DNA of 64,000 nucleotides from an uncultured delta proteobacterium (GTDB lineage: Bacteria; Desulfobacterota; Syntrophia; Syntrophales; Smithellaceae), in assembly GCA_963753975.1 (NCBI GenBank), contig CAVWEH010000005.1, forward strand, positions 704,001 through 768,000, written 5' to 3'. Positions 60,611-64,000 of this stretch are shown piece by piece (positions within the stretch are counted from its first letter, which is position 1; the number at the start of each line of letters is the position of its first letter). The notes beneath the pieces were generated by a model that worked only from the letters and a program-made list of their open reading frames with translations, made no database searches and was not told the origin of the DNA. The translations under genes were made by a program, and so were the position numbers.

Positions 60611-61803
60611 ATGTTCGTAAATTTTTTCTATATGCTACGCGATAAAGGGATTCCCGTTTCTCCCACGTCTTTTTTGCGCCTGCAAAAAGCCTTGGGCATG
60701 GGGCTTGTCCGTTCCTTGGAGATTTTTACATTGCTGCCCGCTCTTTGCTGGTGAAAAGCGAACGCTATTTCGATGTTTACGATAAGGTTTTTGCCGTAGC
60801 CTTTCACGGAGTAGTGGAAATTGATCCGACGGAAGCGGAGCTTACCGAATTGGCCAAAGCACTGCTTTCCGAATGGCTCAAAGATCCGGGCGCAATGGCC
60901 GAAGCGCTCGGCGTGCCGGAAGAAGAACTCAAAGAAATGACGCCGGAAGAATTGCTGGATTATTTCCTGGAGCGCCTGAAAGAACAAACGGAAGCGCATC
61001 ACGGAGGAAATCGCTGGATCGGCACGAACGGTACTTCACCGGTCGGCCATTCGGGCGATCATCCGGGCGGTATGCGCGTGGGCGGTACTTCGCAAAACAA
61101 ATCGGCGATTAAAGTGGCTATGGAACGGCGTTACCGCGATTATTCACAGGAAGGGCCGATTACCGCTTCGCAAATCGGCGAAGCTCTGAAAAGGCTCAAG
61201 CATCTTACACCATCCGGACCGCAGGATATTGTCAATATCGATAAAACCATTTATCAAACGATGCGCAATGCCGGAGAAATTGAAATTGTTTTTGACCGCC
61301 GGCTTGCCGACCGCCTGAAAGTGAAGCTGTTTATCGATAACGGCGGCTGGTCTATGGATCCTTATGTGGAACTTGTTCAGGTTCTTTTTCATTACGCCAG
61401 TTTCAGTTCAAAGAACTGGAGATTTATTATTTCCACAACACCATTTATAAAAACGTCTGGCAGGATCCCGAACGCCACAAAAAACCGGTGCTGGTGGAAG
61501 ATTTTGTTACGCAGCGATCCGGAAACACGCTTGATTATCGTCGGCGACGCCTCCATGGCGCCTTATGAATTGATGAATCCCAATGGAGCCATTTACTTTA
61601 ACCAGAATTATTTACAGCCCAGCATTGAATATTTGAAAATGCTGGCCAAAACTTTCCGCCATGCCGTCTGGCTGAATCCTGTCGCGCAAGTGGACTGGCC
61701 TTATACCTGGACAATAAAAAATATCGAAAAAATATTCCCGATGTTTGAACTTTCTTTGGATGGATTGGAAAAAGCAGTCCGCCATTTAATGTCCCGCAAT
61801 TAA
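60611..61803 (+). CDS. VWA-domain (CoxE-like) MoxR partner, frameshifts near 60715 and about 61400-61500
   Basis: HHGGNRWIGT.GTSP.GH.G, VGDASMAPYEL, VWLNP. Confidence 0.82.
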
Positions 61804-61817
61804 CTTTTAAGACAGGG

Positions 61818-61985
61818 ATGGATTATAAAAATAATATTTGCATTTCCGGGGAATTAAAGCCTGCGGATAGTATTTTAAAGGTTAAGATTAGGACAAAAGA
61901 TGCCATCCATTATATTGACGTCCATAATATCAACAAACGACCGCCTCTGGAAGACCTCATTCGGGAACTTCAAAAGCTTAAGTAA
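61818..61985 (+). CDS. Small hypothetical protein, 55 aa
   Basis: Open frame MDYKNNICISGELK...RELQKLK directly after the VWA gene; weak RBS. Confidence 0.4.
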   Translation: MDYKNNICISGELKPADSILKVKIRTKDAIHYIDVHNINKRPPLEDLIRELQKLK

Positions 61986-62134
61986 GCAATTTTCATAAGA
62001 TAAATTCAGTCCATACTAATCGGGAATTTTTTCTTGACATAGCCCTGATATTAATATACGAATTTGTGACCAAGAGTCAGGGAGAAATACCGAAAACAAA
62101 TATTCGTCACTTTAACTAAGGAGGAATATCTATT

Positions 62135-62767
62135 TTGGGCTCGCCGGAAAAAAAGAAAAAAGAAAAAGAAAATAAGAAAAACACAATCTTAAGAGCGGCA
62201 AGAAAGCTTTTCTTTGATCGGGGTTTCAAATTCGTAACCGTGGATAGTATCGCGGCCAAGGCTGGAGTCAGTAAAGGTTCGATTTATCTTTATTTTGACT
62301 CCAAAGAAGAGATCTACGCCCAAGTTTTGATTACCGACAATATCGAACTTAATAAAAACATTAAAATATTTTCCACCAAAGAAGCGTCGGCTGCGGAACT
62401 TTTGCTGGAATTTTCGCAGATCTACATTAATTATTTTTTAGATCATAATGAGTTATTCAGAATACTTATGACTTTCATGCTGCAAACCGAGCAGATGAAT
62501 CTTACGCAAGAACAAAACGCCGAGCTCATCCGGACGACAAATGAAAATATTAAGGTTATTTCCACAATAATTCAAAAGGGTATTGATTCCGGTGAGTTCG
62601 CGCCGGCAATCAATCTCCGGCAGGCACAAAACGCGATATGGGGTCTATTCAACGGTATTATTTCTCTTTATCTCTTCATGGGCAATCCGGCGAAACGTGC
62701 GGATAGGATTCACTCAATGGTAAGAGACAGTTTAAACATTTTTATCAAAGGCTTGAAAAAATATTGA
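62135..62767 (+). CDS. TetR/AcrR family regulator
   Basis: ILRAARKLF..RGF...VDSIAAKAGVSKGSIYLYFDSKEEI; AAGGAGG RBS. Confidence 0.93.
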   Translation: MGSPEKKKKEKENKKNTILRAARKLFFDRGFKFVTVDSIAAKAGVSKGSIYLYFDSKEEIYAQVLITDNIELNKNIKIFSTKEASAAELLLEFSQIYINYFLDHNELFRILMTFMLQTEQMNLTQEQNAELIRTTNENIKVISTIIQKGIDSGEFAPAINLRQAQNAIWGLFNGIISLYLFMGNPAKRADRIHSMVRDSLNIFIKGLKKY

Positions 62768-62800
62768 ATATTTGCGACATAAAAGCAAAGGGGATTATTT

Positions 62801-62971
62801 ATGCCTAGGGTAGGTTTGCAGGAATTAATAATTATAATGGTTATTGCCTTGATTATCTTCGGGCCCGGTAAAATCCCGGAAATCGGCGGAGCAATCGGCA
62901 AAGCCATCCGGAATTTCAAAAAGTCCGTCGATGAACCGGCGCAGGTACCCGAACAAAAAGAAAACAAATGA
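62801..62971 (+). CDS. tatA: Second TatA/E
   Basis: Hand translation: [41 protein letters not shown]. Confidence 0.88.
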   Translation: MPRVGLQELIIIMVIALIIFGPGKIPEIGGAIGKAIRNFKKSVDEPAQVPEQKENK

Positions 62972-63033
62972 TGACAATACCGGCATGTTTCAATAAAAGT
63001 GATATGCCGAAAGATCAAATGAAAGGGGGAAGT

Positions 63034-64000
63034 ATGGCAAAAGGGAATAATTCCGAATACAAGAAAATGATCGACAAGCAGTACAGAGACTTGATGAAGC
63101 ATTGTCAGGTTCACATGGAAAAAATTGAAAAAGATTTACCTGAACCAAAGGAAGATTTTCAGGAAATTTTAAAGGAGCACGGTGTTCAGTCGAAGAGATT
63201 TCATTAAATGGACATCGGCGATGACTGCAGCTTTGATGCTTCCGCCGATTTTCCGTCCGATGGTGGCCAAAGCTGCCGAAAATTTCAGCCGCCTTCCTGT
63301 GGTGTGGCTGCATTTTGCCGAATGCACCGGCTGCTCTGAAGCATTCTTACGTTCTTCTTATCCCAATGTTGATGACTATTCTGCTGGAAACCATCTCACT
63401 GGAATATCATGAAACACTGATGGCGGCTTCCGGTTATCAGGCGGAACAAAATCTGGAAAAAGCCATTAATGATTTTGCCGGTAAGTTCATTTGCGTCATC
63501 GAAGGCGCCTTACCCAGAGGGTTGAACGGAAAATATCTTACACTTGGCCCCAAAGGAAAAACCGGCATTCGAAGTAGCCAAGGAAGTTACTTCGAAAGCT
63601 GCTGCTGTTGTCTGTATCGGCGCCTGCTCCTGTTACGGAAATATTCAGGCAGCCAATCCCAATCCTACCGATTCTGTTGGTATCAGTAAGGCATTAGGAA
63701 TCAGTACGGTTAATATCGCCGGTTGTCCGCCCAACGCTGTTAATTTCACCGGTACACTGCTCCACTATCTCATGTTTGGTTCTCTGCCCCCGTTGGATTC
63801 TTTGGGAAGACCTGTTTGGGCTTACGGAAAGCGTATTCATGATTATTGTGAAAGAAGGTCGCATTATGATGCGTCGGAATTTGTCGAAGAATGGGGCGAT
63901 ACAGGTGCGCTCAAAGGCTGGTGTTTGTATAAAATGGGCTGCAAAGGTCCTTATACTTATGCCAACTGCGCTAAAGTTCGCTTCAATGACGCAATTTCCT
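63034..64000 (+). CDS. Group 1 [NiFe] hydrogenase small subunit with Tat signal; frameshifted and truncated by the window end
   Basis: SRRDFIKW, ECTGCSE, GACSCYG, GCPPN, HDYCERR, CLYKMGCKGP. Confidence 0.9.

Noticed and set aside
62064..62079. TGAC-N5-GTCA TetR operator sharing TTGTGACCAAG with about 9612-9622
   Set aside because: Short match plausible by chance; the second site lacks the palindrome

Overview
Bacterial chromosome segment of roughly mid-40s % GC (estimated by eye). Gene content suggests an anaerobic syntrophic Deltaproteobacterium of the Smithella/Syntrophales type; this is an inference. Housekeeping and metabolic genes include tRNA-Phe, an S1-domain protein, tadA-tRNA-Ser x2-ffs-dnaX-ybaB-recR, a two-subunit fumarase, porCDAB followed by a NuoE/NuoF/2Fe-2S module, cstA, prpE, a B12 acyl-CoA mutase operon, nikR with an ECF Ni/Co transporter, MoxR/VWA, tatA and a NiFe hydrogenase small subunit. 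About ten genes carry single-base frameshifts, probably long-read assembly errors. I recognised no transposase or integrase, yet the intergenic DNA holds several tiny, nested, structure-conserved repeat families. The most striking locus is 15299-16020: an 84-aa stand-alone GIY-YIG nuclease sits between a duplicated 5' half of tRNA-Ser(CGA) and the intact tRNA. A duplicated 3' arm of tRNA-Ser(GGA) follows. Both pseudo-tRNA copies are interrupted in their loops by the same 16-bp palindrome doublet with 2-bp target duplications. This is a candidate minimal nuclease-driven, tRNA-targeting mobile or repeat-spreading system.
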